From the NCBI GenBank assembly GCA_010909165.1, contig MU008159.1:2232001-2296000 (forward strand): a DNA stretch of 64,000 bases, written 5' to 3'. Numbering within the stretch: position 1 is the first letter of the stretch; each line of letters starts with the position of its first letter. The notes under the pieces were generated by a model. It had not been told where the DNA came from and did not search any database. It was given only the letters and a program-made list of their open reading frames with translations. The translations under genes were made by a program, and so were the position numbers. The DNA comes from Anthoceros angustus. Lineage: Eukaryota > Plantae > Anthocerotophyta. Positions 13,601 to 27,647 of the stretch are shown here, piece by piece.

Positions 13601-15769
13601 CCTCCCTCAACGATCCTGTTTTGCCCTCGCTGGTTTGTGCTTTTATTAACATGTTGCTAAAGCTTTTCAGATGTGCTAGCTTGAATCAGCAGTTCTACCC
13701 ATCTGCCGCCATCAAGGCCATTTGGGTCAACATTGAGGACAAGGTGCTAGGATGCGATCTATTTATAGTGACATGGTGGCGTCGATGAGGAGATTGTAGG
13801 AATGACACGGAATCGAAGCGTGCTCTAAAGAATCCGTGACTCGACAAGCTGGTGACGAAAGCCTTGGAGGACGCACCCAAGTGGAAGCGCTCCACTTGGT
13901 GTTGGCACACTGGAGACTTTGTCCCGCGAGAGGAAGGGGTGAACGCGGATGCGATGCTTCAACATGAAGGAGGCGGTGGGAGGCGACGTGTTTGACCTCC
14001 GGTTTGGTGTAACAGAACGCCGGTGAGGCTTACGGTGGAAAGGATCCAAAAAGTTTTCGATAAGGAGTGGCGGAACATTGATGACCGATCTTCCATATTT
14101 ATGGTAAGCTAGTAGTGGTGGCCAAAAATCCCGAGGTTGATGGCCTTGGGCATCCTAGTGGAGAAAAATGCACAAGGTCAGAACTGTTAGCCTTCAAACA
14201 AGAAAGATGGGAGGAAAGCCTTGAAGGAGGAGAAGAAGAAGGGTCAGGGAGAAGGAGAAGAAAGTGGATGTCCGTGAAGAGACCCCGATTCACAAGGTCC
14301 CGTAACAAGGTCACAGAGGTGGGGAAAGGTACTTGGGATTGAGCATGTGTCTCGATGAGCCATGAGGAGGTGAGACAGGGTGACGCCGGGGAGCAAGAGG
14401 AGGACATGCCCGCCAAGGAGCGTGAGGAAGAACTTATTTCGATAAGGAGGCGTAAGTCATAGGCTTGGTAGAGGAGGACAAAAATCATCGTGTTCTTTCA
14501 GCAGAGGATGGAGAAGAGGAGCGGGGCACAATCGTGGGTCATTTTCTGCTCCAAATAGTTGATTGTCTCAAGTTTTTTTTGGTGATATGCTTGAGCTTGA
14601 TCCTGTGAGCGGTGTGATTATGGATCGGTCCGGATATGCCGTCACAGCTCAATGTTTTTTGTGTGTGTGTGTTGGAGCTTGATCCAGCAGATTGTTTTGT
14701 GTTTGAAGTGTGCTTTCAACCTTGACAGATGCATCTAATGACATCGCATGCCTTGAGCCTTTAGCAAAGTGAGTGGTGGGTGTGATGCGATGATGCCTCT
14801 TTGTCCAGATGTCATGCTGCAGCTCAAAATCATGCGCTTCATTAGCTTATGGTTGTGCGCCATGAGCTTATGGCCGGTCGTTGTGTGATCAGTGCATGCG
14901 TGCAAGCTGTGAATGGGTAGGTGGTTTAGATGGTTGGCTGATAGGTCTGTGCTCAATATTTTTATGTGTGTGTGTTGGAGCTTGATCCAGCCCATTGTTT
15001 TGTGTGTGTGTGCTTTGAACCTTGACAGATATGCTTCTACTCACGTTTGAACACGTGAATACCGCCTCAGCAATCCTGCCAGCCTGGCCTCAGCAGCCTG
15101 CCTTCACAGCCTTCAGCCCTGCCAGCCTTGCCTTCAGAGCCCCGCCTTGATGCCTTCCACAGGCCTTGAGCCCTTGACACCGCCTTGTGATCCTTGACAT
15201 GATTAGCCTTGTGCCGGATCCTTGACACCCACATCCTTCGTGTTAGACCAACATGTGAATGCAGCCTTGAGCGATCCTAGAGGTGGTGGGTGTGATGCGT
15301 GTTAGATGCTTTGTCTACATGTCCGTCACATGCTCGTGGTGCCCCGCCTTGAGCCCTACCACACATTTCAAAGGGTTTCCATGGTTTTCGCATCCATCGC
15401 GACATGTGTTTGCCTTGCACAATTGTGTACACGATGGGATCTGTTTTTATTTGCGACCTTATGTTGACCGATTGTACATTAGTGTATCGCCTTGGCAAGC
15501 TCGTTTTGTAAGTTCATCACCGCATGGTGTGGGTGTTTCCAAGTTGGTAGCATGCTAATTCTTTGCTCGTGCATTTGTTTTCCCAACTCTGATTCAGTTC
15601 AAACCTCGCTTTAGGCTCTGTTGGGAGGGATACTTCATGGGGCACTTGGGCATTCCGACATCCGGTGCACATTGGCAAGGGTGCAACTGGGCATATTGAC
15701 ATCCGGTGTTGTTTGGTCATTCCGTCTCAGCCGCTGCAGTCGTCAGGTCAGTGGGCATCTTGGCATGGG

Positions 15770-16170
15770 GTGCCTATTCATCACCACGCCGGCAATTGGG
15801 CATTTTGTCATTCCTCGCTGCGGCAAGCATTTCATTCATTCCCTAATGTCCGATCATTCATTTGGGCACATTTCAGTCATTCCATCATGTCGTGTTGGGC
15901 ATTTCGTATTCGATCATGTTGGCTTGGGCATTTCGTCATTCCATCATGTCGCTTGGGCATTTCGTCATGATCATGTCATTTGCATTTCGTCATTCCATCA
16001 TGTCGGGCAATTGGGCATTTCATTCATTCCATTCGGGCTTGCATTTCGTTCCATGTCGTTGGGCATTTCATTCCCTAATGTTGGGCAGCATTCATTTCAT
16101 GGGGCATTGTCATTCCTCACGTCGCAAGTCATTCCTCACGGCACATTCCGTCATTCCTCACGGGTTGGCC
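15770..16170. repeat. Minisatellite (GGGCATTTCGTCATTCCATCATGTC-like)
   Basis: Many degenerate tandem units. Confidence 0.85.
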
Positions 16171-16559
16171 ATTTTGGAAGTTCATCTCTTGTTTTACAAT
16201 GTGCATCCCACCAGTGGGATACTCGAGCCGCACATAAAGACTCACCGGTTGAGGAGCTTATCTCCTTGTCGAAGGAAGAGAACCGCTTGTCACATTGCAA
16301 GCGAGGAGACAAGCAATCTAGTGGCAGCAAAATTGCTCTTGGTGAGCTCACCGACGCGCTCTTGGCGCAATAATCTATGACAAGAAGGTATGGATCTTTC
16401 CAGACTTCAACTTTATATTCTTTTCAAACCGAACAAATGCTGGAGTATTCTCTGCGAAGAGGATGCACATGTTGCCCATGTTCGAGGCAACATCGTTTGC
16501 TGAGGCGCAGACAATCTCACACCAACAACAAGGAGCGTGACACCTTCAACGAACGGTTA

Positions 16560-17080
16560 ATTTGGCGGAGGACTTACATGATGCCTTCGGCCGCATACAT
16601 AGTTTGATCAAGGGAAAAAGGACTCCTCGGATTCCAGCTCCTTACCAAAGCCAAAATGTGCCCTTCATATCACAAAGTCTGCGTGTGCACCAGTTGTCCT
16701 CCCCCGCTTGCATCCCTTGGCTCTTGTTTCAATTCTGTCCATGCCTCTAACGACTATTGGTTCCATGGTGATTTGCAGGGGGTTTGGATGCTATGAGTTT
16801 GTTTTCCTCCCTTGTGGGCACTATTTTCATGATGCATGCCTCTACCAACACATGTTGGTCACGGTGACTTGCCCCAATCCTGCTTGTTGTCTTCCAGTTC
16901 CGGCAAAGTGGCTCAAGGCTAAGGGTTGCCATTCACAAGTACCGTCCTGCCAGACGCATGGGAACGTAATCAGGAGAGAGAGTGGACTGAGCATTACCAT
17001 GGTTGCCTGCGAGACTTCCACATTATGGAGCACCGCTTTGGAAGAATTGGGGACCGTGCACAAGATAGTGCCTCTGCCTC
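16560..17080 (+). pseudogene. RING-finger protein remnant (TE cargo)
   Basis: IC...FLPCGHYFHDACL...CPNPAC fits a RING-H2-type pattern. Frame is broken upstream. Confidence 0.65.
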
Positions 17081-20000
17081 ACGTAAGAAGGGTTTGGGAG
17101 TCTCTGGTTAGTAATTGTGTTGGCTTCATGATTTGGGACAACTTTCACAAGACATTTGTGCTAACTTGGATTTTGTTTGGTCATAGGCACACAAGAACCG
17201 CCGCCATTGCCCGCTTGAGGTGCTGGCGCTCATCACACCACCTCGCAGCAGCCACCCATACCGCAGGCTAATCCAAGACGTCCTTGTTGGATGCACAACT
17301 ATGTCCGGGATACGGAGGTGCCTGACTCAAACCTGTGGTTTGAGTCCGAGTGAGGCACGCACCATGTGTAGTGTGATATTTTTCCCACTGGGCAGCCCAG
17401 GTGTCATGTTTGGGGTTGGCCCGATGAATGGGGTGCCTCAACGTGGCAACCTCTTTGTTTGTTGGCCCCGTGTTCCAGGGAGTGAGACGGGTCACCGCTT
17501 GTGCTAATAATGCCTCACCATCAAGACATGGTGGGCACACATGTGGTTGTTGATGTCCACGGCAAAGATGCATCTCGTGGAGTGGACAATCAGGAGGAGG
17601 ATACCCAAATTCTTTTACGGAGACTCGTTGTGCAAGAGGATGAAACTTTGGTCGACATCGAAACCCAGACAGTGTGCATACTCAGTCAGATTTTTGCCCG
17701 CCTTTGTCCACCTCAATGGAGACAGAAGGAAGAATGTGGAAGTGATGGATGAAGATGAAACCGAGGATGAAGTGCCCAAAGATGAAGTCAAGTGCCATGA
17801 GGATGAATTGCCCAAAGATGTGGAAATGCTCTTAGAGAGGGATCGGTAGTGAGAAGGAGGTGGCCACCACCAAGGACGATGAGGAAGTGGCCAACAGTGG
17901 TAAGGAAGTGACCACTTGTGCAAGTGATGCGTGGCCACTTGTGTTGGTGATGTAGTGGCCACTTGCGGGTGGTGTAGTGGCCACTATGGGTCGCCACCGC
18001 TGACGTGGCAACTCAGGTTGACGCGGCCACTTTTGACCACTATGAGCGAGGCCACCGACGAAATGGCTACGCCGGTAAGGAAGTGCCCAGAGGTTAAGGA
18101 ATTGAATCACCGAAAGCTATTCGGTAGACTAAAGCACCACAACTTGAAACATCCGCTCCGATGTGGTCAAGCTTCGGTGGACACGCCGCAAACCAAGAGG
18201 CAAGCGGATCGACTGTGCACATTGAAACGAAGAGTGCCCAAGACCAAGACCAGTCCCAAGAAAGCCTTGGTGGAAGCACCACCACTGAATTTGGTGCACA
18301 CACCGCATCCGTGAGACAATTTCATGGTGCGTGCAATGAAGGATAATAAGGAGAAGGTCAAGTGGTATGCAGAAATGCGAGGCACTCACGACATTAATGA
18401 GCAGGAAGACCCGCTTGGGTGGTGAGATTTTACGGGTGAAAAGTGGTGAAAGGTTATTACTATGAGCAAGTGCCGTCGACAAAAGTGCCTTTGAGCGCTA
18501 GATTCAGGCCACGTGGTGACCCAATAATGCTTGAAGATCGTCGACCACAAAGTTTCCAATGGTAGCTATTCAAGGCCAACGAAGAACAAGAAGACTCAAT
18601 GTCGTCACCGGATATAGAGCATGGATCAAGTCGATGAACTAGGAGAGGGACGCAGCAAAGCTATCCACGACTTGTCGAGAGTGTGGAGTCCCAACCGGTG
18701 TGGAAGTGTCTGGGCAATTTAGTGGATGCCTCCGATTTTCTGCGAGATATGGTTTTAGTTTGGTGGTGAACCATGTTAAACACATGCTCGGCTCGGATGT
18801 TGTGACATGGATTCAAACTATGTTGTGTGTGTGAGTTCAGTGTTCGACAAATTGGAATGTTGTGCGTTGTGACCCTTCACACTTGCCTTGCTTGTCTAGA
18901 TGTGCATTTGATTTGTCGATTAACACCCTACACGGTGTTAATCGTGGCACTTCGCATAGCTACCTACATTGCCTCAAAAGAATGGCTAGCTACACAAGGC
19001 CACGCAAAAAAGCACTGTCTCTAAGACTGTCTGGCATGAAAAGCACAAGGCCATTTGTGAAGAGTTTTGGAAATGGCAAGCTGCTTAGCCGAGAGAAGAA
19101 GACATCATTTTATTGACGGAATTGTGGTATAGTGCCATAGCATCGATTTCACAATGCCTGACACTCATGCCTCTCTGCGCTAGAAAGTATAATGTACAAA
19201 TCATTCCACAATTGAACGCAGGGAAGCAACAAGCAAAGATTCACAGGCAGCCTTGACCCAGCATGTACGAATACATCTGCCTCGCCAAGCATAGCACACC
19301 CATGAGCAGAGCAGGTGTGCCACATCCCTCTTGCCGACATGCCTCGCCATACATGCTATATGCAAGCACGATGACAAGGAAACCATGTTCCGAGGCGCCC
19401 TCGCCTACCACAACGCCGTGTCGTGCTCGCTTGAGTCATCCATGGAGAGCACCTTGTCCTCCGGTCCATCGACCACGTCTGCGGGTGCAGAAGGCGCATA
19501 GGGGCCAACCACCGAGCTCGCACCTTCTTCCGAGCGCCGTGCCTTGGCCCGCTCCATTCGATGCACCAAGTTGAAAAGCTGTGAATCGCCATAGCTAGAT
19601 GGTCGATACTCACCTCCGCGCAAAGAGGGCGCCCTTGGCCGCCTGTGCTCGCTTGGAGATTCCATGTCCCTCCATCACAACAATATCATCCATTCTGTCA
19701 AGGCGCCATAGCTTCCATTGAGTGCAAAGGCGGGACCCCGGAGTGCAGCGAGGGTGCTCGTGCTCAGAAAGTGGAACCAGGGGTAGACCGCGGGCTTTAA
19801 GTTGCCCGGGCAGAAGGCCACGCGTGTGCATAAGGCCACCATTGAAAGGGGTGAGATGATTACTTCTCATTGAATCATGCCCGGTCTGGAAAGCAAGCCT
19901 AGATGGCCAATCAGTGGGATGGATTTTGAATTTGTGAGTGAGGCCTTGGGCATTGTAAAGTTTGCCGAATGGGCATGATGTCGAAAGGTGAGAAAACTAC

Positions 20001-20292
20001 GGACATGTATCTAATAAGATTTCTATTGCAAGTCCTTTGATTGTGATGCTCAAGTCTGCTTTGTATGAGTGTTTGATGTGTCGTGATGCTCAAGTCTGCT
20101 TTGTATGAGTGTTTGATGTGTCGTGATGCTCAAGTCCGGTTTATGCAGCGAGGCTAGAACCGAACCTCAGCGGCTTCACATCCACGGGAAGCTTTCACAC
20201 ACACATGCCTTCACCTCACCACATATGCAAAACCTAGAAATACTTCATAGATGGAGCAACAAGTAAACAAGCTCCTGCTTGAAGAAAGTTTC

Positions 20293-20525
20293 ACAACCTA
20301 CAACCTACAACCTACAACCTACACCTACAACCTACAACCTACAACCTACAACCTACAACCCACAACCTACAACCCACAACCCAATACAACCTACAACCTA
20401 CACCTACAACCTACAACCTACAACCCACAACCCACAACCTACAACCTACAACCTACACCTACAACCTACAACCTACAACCTACAACCTACACCTACAACC
20501 TACAACTGACTTCAACCTACAACCT
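20293..20525. repeat. (ACAACCT)n heptamer array with variants
   Basis: About 230 bp of tandem ACAACCT/ACAACCC/ACACCT. Confidence 0.95.
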
Positions 20526-20684
20526 TGTGCATACAAAACCTACACAAGAGCGTTATGTCTGAAAATGTCGGAAGCCTAGAAACAGCATTCTAGCCGCCTA
20601 CATAGAATTGCTTCACATGCCAACCATCGAGCGTGGTGCGCTGATGCTCACATCTAGACATTAAGCCTACAGCTTGGCCACCTC

Positions 20685-21480
20685 TCAATCCAACTTCCCA
20701 GCCAGCAAAGAAGTTGTCTTCAACGAAATCACTTGCACCTGGAACCACATCTTGTGGTAAACTTTGCCACCAGCCTGGGCCTCCTGCTTCAATTTCTCAA
20801 ACTGATTAGTCACAGCCCACAATGCCCTTAGCATGTGGACAACCAATCTCTTACTCGTGAGGGACTCAGACCATGTCACCCAGGCCTCCCGGGTCATCGA
20901 CAACAATGTCTGATGCTCGGGTAAATGCAAAAGCTGCACCAATGGCCGAATTCTTGCCTCAAACTCCTTCTGTCCCTTGAACTCGTCCGACCTCAGTATG
21001 CATTGGATCTCGTGCTCGAACTGAAATTTCCTCATTGCAGCATGGAGCAGCTGACTTCTGGAGGCACCCACTTCCACCGGCATCCTTCCCAGAACCGGAT
21101 CCTGCATAACCACACCTCGCAAAGAAAGGATAACGCTTCTTCATTACAATTCCGACAGTCAACAAGAAAGCCCAACTCCCAATAGGCTGGACGGGGGTGT
21201 GTCAGGTCCAAAGGATATACTCGAGACATCCCAACAGGGAGTGGAATCACCACACCTACAGCCTCGCCTGTTGAAACCTTGACAGATCCCACAGCCATAT
21301 CCCCTTCCAATTCAAACAAAGATAGTGAAAAGCGGAAAGCATCATGCTCAGTCTCAATCCCTTCAGACGATGAAGGGATTGTGTGAGAAGTGGTCTCAGA
21401 GTTAACGGAGGTGAAGCACTCCCAAACCTCAAGAACCAGCAGGACCGCCCAGACGAGGAGGATGGGTTCCTGAGCGAACA
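20685..21480 (-). pseudogene. Unknown TE-borne coding remnant
   Basis: Non-repetitive protein-like frames (MRKFQFEHEIQCILRSDEF...) broken by shifts. No family recognised. Confidence 0.35.
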
Positions 21481-21729
21481 GCCGCCTGTCGAAGCCATGT
21501 GGAGGCGCCCCAATGTGGCTTCTAAGCTGCCTGTCGCGCCGTGACGGGATGAGCCGCCTGCACGCCGTGACGGGATGAGCCGCCTGTCGACCGTGACCGC
21601 CCCTACAAAACAAAAGGTATAGTTACGGACGCCAAAGCATGGACTTTAAGCAAAGCCCTAAACAAAAGCTACCACACACTGCAGGTGAAGTGCCCAACCG
21701 CACAAAACACATGATGCGAACAAGTGTTG

Positions 21730-22385
21730 AAGTAGCCATGTAACCATGCCATGTAGCCATGTAGCCACATGGCAAGACAAGTACAATACAAGTGCCCATG
21801 TAACCACGGGACCGTAACCACATGGCAAGACAAGTACAATATACAAGTGCCCATGTAACCACGGGACCGTAACCACATGGCAAGACAAGTACAATTAATA
21901 TACAAGTGCCCATGTAACCACGGACCAGAACCACATGACAAGTACACCAATGCACAAGTGCCCATGTAACCACGGGACCGTAACCACATGGCAAGACAAG
22001 TACACCATGCCACGACCACATAGCAAGAGAAGTACACCATGCCACACCATTGTATAAGTGCCCGTATAACCACGGGAGCATATCACGACCACATGGCAGG
22101 AAAAGTGAACCACTGTACAAGTGCCCATGTAACCATGGGAACATGCCAGGACCACAAGGAAACAAGAGTGAGCCATGCACAAGTGCCCATGTAACGCGAA
22201 CATGCCAGACCACAAGGCAAGAGTGAGCCATGCACAAGTGCCCATGTAACGCGGGAACATGCCACAAGGCAAGAAGAGTGAGCCATGCACAAGTGCCCAT
22301 GTAACCACGGAACATGCGAGGATCACATGGCAAGAAAAGTGAACAACATAAGTGCACATGTAACCAACTTGAAGGGAACATACCA
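21730..22385. repeat. Minisatellite, ~50-60 bp unit (CAAGTGCCCATGTAACCACGG...)
   Basis: About ten degenerate tandem copies. Confidence 0.92.
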
Positions 22386-22879
22386 GCTCTGCTATATAAA
22401 GCCACGTCCATACTTGTCTCCAGACTACTTCTTGTTCAACCCTTGCAGCCTGACATGCCTCCATCCCCACCACACGTGTATGGTCAAGGAAGTTGAATTC
22501 AAGATGAATTCACTCCCTCGTGTGCCAAATGGCGGCACCTCGGTGAAGAGCACAAAACCAGGCACATAACGCGATGCATTTCATTGTTGGAAATTATCTA
22601 CATGGTTCAAGGACACAACTTACCACCCGCTCTATAAAGTCATCAATATCTCTGCCTGAGCTGGAAAATGACCGTGTGCCCACGATCAACGGCATCTCCA
22701 ATTTGTACACTGCACCATGCATTATTGGATCATCATTGGATACAAACAAGCTATCTTCATGGATCAAGGAAACAACGATAAGCGGAATGACATGCCAACA
22801 ATCTCCGTCCGTCCAACAGAAAGATGCACACTCCACACCAAAACAACAGCTTTACTTACCACTCCACATCAAAACAACC

Positions 22880-25800
22880 TAAGGATCCCTAACGATCATC
22901 ACGATTACTCCTCCACAAGGGAGTCCACTACTTGCGAGCATCCGATGATAGGACGATAACAACTCGTCACCATCCTGCTCATGGTGGACCATGTCAAACT
23001 TGCATAGTTTGACTAACTCAGTTGAACACCTGCGTTCTCTAGAGGCAAGGTATGCACCGTGAATATTCTTACGCAACATGTATCGACCAACCACCACGCT
23101 TCACCTTGATGTGACCGGCTCCAAGGCGATCGGCTTGCTAAGCGTGTGCTTCACCTCGATTCTGCGAAGGTAGAATTCTTGGCCCTCATCTTCTTTATTG
23201 GCAAAACCATGAAGTTGTCACCGACTTCCAAGAGGTCCGCCAACCGAGAGATCCACAACATCATCGAGCGCCAGCAAGGAGAGCAAAGTAAAGGAATTGC
23301 TGTGGCTGCCGGGTAATCCGAGGAGCGGACCATCGATGTGGTCTAATCTTAACTAAATTCCAAAAGCGTGAGGAACTCTCTCAAGCATCATGGTTGCTTT
23401 CCATACACTGCACAAACAAGACAGTCCGGATTTTCGGATCGCCACACTAGCCCCATACAGGCTATGCATCTTCTTGGACCCGGGTATGGAGTCACAAGCA
23501 TATTTCACCCTCCGATTCACCTCATCCTTGCCAATAAGCCAGAAACTTCTATGCACTCCATGCTGCCCAGATGCATAAGAGCTTGCAGCAGCAGAAATGT
23601 GTTCTTGCAGGTACTGGACAACATCAGCTGCATTTTGCAACCTCCCTGCCGTGGGAGAGGACTCTGCAGACTCTAAGGGCTCTCTTCAAAATAGCACCGC
23701 ACCATCATGCTCTCCCTTGCCATGGCCACTCCCAAAGTATGACCACGATGTTGCCCCACTGTCAAGCTAGGGTACCGGAGATGAAGTATGAAGGTCGACA
23801 TGCCTTGAATTGACTTGCCGCTCCATCCGACCAGCACCAATGCTCCCGAGGTCTTGGGAACCCCGAATCCAACATCCACCACCGGTGCTTCATCAAAGGT
23901 TGAGCGAAGAGCGTGTCATGCACAAGGTCAGCGATGTAGAAGTGGTAGTATTTCGAATGTTTGCAGGGTTGTCGCATCTAGGGGCCATTGCGCTGAGAAA
24001 ACCGTAACGAGGATGGAAACCGGTCATTCTCGCCAATGCATGGTGGATTTCATCTTGGACTCCAAATGCGTAATTCTCGAGAAAATCCATAACCGAGACA
24101 ACCACATCGGATGGAAACCACTCTAGGCAATGCCGAACTCCAACCGCCATCGAACAAAGTCATGGAGAATGAAATCCTTCAACTTGCCCTTGAAGAACTC
24201 AACAAATTCGCTGGATGTGTCTCCATGAAGACAAGTTTGATCCGTTTCTTATCCCCGCCCATCCACATCCTTGCCCACAACTTGGTATTGGAAGCATCTC
24301 CATTTTAGAAGAGCATTAGGTGAACATTTATAGAAGTCTCCATGATGAACTTAAGCTTATTCACCCCACATAGGACACAAGTGCCTTGCGACATGCGAGC
24401 ATGCCAATGCATCATGCCTTCGCACAAAGAGCACTTTGACAAAGCTCACCGACGCCACACATGTGGAGGAGCATTACAAACAATGGGAGATGTACTGGCA
24501 AAGCATGACCTCACAAGAACAATGGCAAAGACCACGGGATGGACACGAGAGAGAGTCCCACGGAGGCCATTCAACGCATCCTTCAAAAGGCCATCTCCAC
24601 ATGATACCGCAACAACAAAGATTACGCTCCTGCAGCTCTTCACAAAAATGGCTTCAACTTCTCAAAGCTCCGCCCTACTTGAATGTTGGTGTTCCTCACA
24701 AAAGCGCAGTAGAACGATGCCCCACACATGCGATCCGCCACACCTCGATGAACTTGAACACCGGCCACAATTTGCCCACAAGGCCCCAAGGATGCCTAAT
24801 TGAAGTTCGGAGCAACATCTACACTAAGCATTTACACACAGTGAAATGAGTCAGAAAGCTTACAAATCCACAGCTTTGCCAGCGAGCCTCGACTTGGTAC
24901 ATGCAATCTGCTACACCTCAAATGAACCAGGACTGCAGCACCAAATTTTTCTGTCATGTCCCCCAAGCAGATGGCCAACTAAGGTTACAATCAACATGTA
25001 CACTAGGCATTCACACACACTCGACAAGGAGATGCCCAAACAAAGATGTAAAAGGCAACCAGAATAACATGGATTTGTGCATCACACAAAGGCACAAGAC
25101 CATGACCCAAACGTATTTGCGACATGTCAAGAAAGTGCGTGATGTGGGTGATGAAGGTTTTAGTCCCCGCAGCCGCTTGGTATCTTTGTGTTTTTGACGC
25201 CAAGCGATTCCCAAAGCGGGCGATGCTTGCTTTCACATAGGCCGGAAGGATGTCGACCTTGCTTTCCTTCCACACACCATGTTCTCGGCCGAAACATATC
25301 CTCCCCGCTGTGCTCAAAGCTTGATGGATCCGCCTCCGCTCACTCCTATGTGCCGAGAAAGGCTCGAAACTGCACCCTTTCCTTGGATATCCTCGATAAG
25401 ATAATGTTGAACAAGGTGTTCCTTGCCCGCAATTTGTCACCAACTTGAACATCCTTTAAACTTGTGCAAGCCTCACGCACATTCTTCAACAACAATGCTC
25501 CCAATTGGCTTTTTGGCATCCCGTCGAGCTCTTGGTCGAAACATCTTCAGAATGGCGGTTACTAAACTCCGAATGTCTTGACGACATTCTGCCGTGTATC
25601 CACTTGTAAGCTCTAGAAACTGATGACCTAATTTGCGAGCCACATCCTGCTTGCGACGTACCGAGCATTCCTTAACACCATAGCCGCTGCGCCTCTAAAC
25701 TTCAGACACTGACAAAGTTTGGGCACCCTGAGTTTCTTGCCTGGTAGCAGTGGCATCCTCTTCTGCTCCACCTTCCTCTCTTGCTGCATGGGTCCCCTCG

Positions 25801-25900
25801 TTTGACCTCTGCACCTGAGGAATACCAAGATTCCTTGTTATTCTCCTTCCTGGCAACTCTTGAACACCAGCTTCACTAGAAGATGCTTCACCAGGCCTCT
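22880..25900 (-). pseudogene. Sola2-like DDD transposase pseudogene
   Basis: VMDFLENYAFGVQDEI..HW; HDTLF; HWCWSDGAASQFK; CYFE; upstream Cys cluster GTCVLCG. The HGKG-x-x-D segment expected after YFE is missing. Confidence 0.75.
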
Positions 25901-27647
25901 GGCCCGGGCTCGCTCGCCGACGTTATCACATCGGCTCACGGCGTTGATGGTGACCGAGCCATGCCTGCTACACGCACAACCCTAAACAAAAGCACAGCTG
26001 CTAGCTGTTAGACTCCAACTTTGTACCTGCAGCCAAGAACAAGCGCACAACCCTAAAAGCACCGATCACCTCAAGAAGCAAGCTCGCGCCCACGGATCCG
26101 GCTAGGGTGTAGACCGCAGCGTGGTGATCCTACAAGGTGATCGATATCGACCACCACCGTGCACATCCGCAGCTTCCTCAAGAGTTCCATGAAAGCCCAT
26201 CAAGAACCAGCTTAGAAATACAATGAACCAAGGACTACCTAAACCCAACTGCATACCCTGCCACCTCTGCCTACCACTTCCCTGCCACGCCACCTCAATC
26301 CACCACTCCCTTGCCAACCCTTGCCACCACCCAACAGTCCTCAACCCACCACTCCCCGCCCCCGCCATATACCCACCACGTGAGCTAAGTCCAAAGCTCT
26401 CATCAAAGAAAACGTTTATCAAACATGCCGCAGATCTAGGCTAACTGCGCTCCACATATCGTTCCAGCTCATGCTACATAGTCCTGTCGGCCAGACCTCA
26501 AGATAAGCCTACTCGCCTGTGTGCCGAGATCCGCTCGCAGCATGGTGTGGCGGTGACCTCTTCTGAGACAGAACCCTAAATCGAAGTGCGGCGCGTGCGG
26601 CAACTCAAAATTTGTTCGATTACCGACGATCCGCTTTGCTCATCTCGTAAATATGCTACAAAATGATTTAGGTAAGGGCCAGAGTGCCCGCCTACCTGCC
26701 TGTTCTCGGGCCCACTTCGTAAATATAGTGTGACAAGTGCCTGCTGAGTGAGACAATGCCCGTCCTAAGTAGTCTCTAAATTTAGACTTTCATTTTGAAT
26801 ATTTTCATGAGTATTTTAATTTTAAATTTTAATCTCATGTAGAAGTGATATATTTGTATATCTTGTAAAAAAATCAGACAGTTTAGAGAAGAAATAAATT
26901 AGTTAAAATTATTAACGTTACATGAGGACAAAATAACAATGTTTCGTCCGTTTCTCACTAATGTGAGCACCAAACCATGCTTACACCCTGTAGACGATTG
27001 TTCGTGATCGCTGGCACGATGCGCCTCTTCACTGCGTTACCGCCCAACCCCAAAGGTGAGCTGCCAAGGTGCCCGAGCGTTCGGAGATAGCGAGGGCGGT
27101 GAGCGCAAGAGATCGCGAAATTGTCTCGAGGTCGCACAGAAATGACCTCCTCGCCGGGCCGCTGCTGGGAGTAACTGGGCGGAGGTGCCTCCGTCTGTGA
27201 ATCGCCGTGAGGTCCGCATGGCTTACTCTCACCTTACGCCCGCCTACTCGCCTACGCCGCGCAAAGACGCTGGGCGTGAATACCGCTATAACGGCCCCTC
27301 GGCAAGGCCACGGCCCCAGCCTCGCCAGCATGCCCGTCTTCCATTCGTGGCCGCCCACGTGGCGCCCGTCTCCCGACTCACGACCAACTTCTAAGTTACT
27401 TTCGCACGTATTTATCCTGCTTTTGACCCGTGAGTGGGGTCCGGACTTATCCCGATACCCGGCGGTCCGTGGCTCTTCGTAGTGGTACGGGGTCCGTTAC
27501 CTACTCGAGTCCCGAGTGCACTCCTATACGCCCGAGCGCCGTCCGTGCTTATTCCTCCTTTTTCCTACTTTATTTTACACTTCGGACCTACGAAAAAAAA
27601 CAAAACTCAACTTATTTCCCTACCCCCAAGGGAAGTCCAGAGCTCCA

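Larger units (their letters stand above)
14560..27026 (-). mobile_element. Large Sola2-like DNA transposon (defective) with cargo genes and satellites
   Basis: Transposase remnant at 22.9-25.9 kb and an AT-rich subterminal region ending GCACGATGCGCCTC at ~27026. The left end was not found. Confidence 0.6.
9251..27647. mobile_element. Composite nested insertion splitting the Copia RNase H
   Basis: RNase H breaks after DADW and resumes at ~27650 with DTRKSISAY. The boundaries are approximate and no TSD could be resolved. Confidence 0.75.

Noticed and set aside
10384-13652. Long overlapping ORFs (up to 372 aa) as genes
   Set aside because: They are open in several frames on both strands because of high GC content, are Pro/Arg/Ser low-complexity, and show no domain motifs.
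15621-16380. His-rich 250-aa and 172-aa ORFs
   Set aside because: Largely translated minisatellite.
18900-19400. SWIM zinc finger next to the RING remnant
   Set aside because: RKYNVQI is suggestive, but the CxC...CxH ligands could not be recovered.
20251-20562. YNLQPTT repeat protein
   Set aside because: Translation of a stop-free heptamer satellite.
21730-22385. CRISPR array (also considered for 40935-41082, 51080-51240 and 55465-56115)
   Set aside because: Units are degenerate, the 'spacers' resemble each other, there are no cas genes, and the context is eukaryotic.
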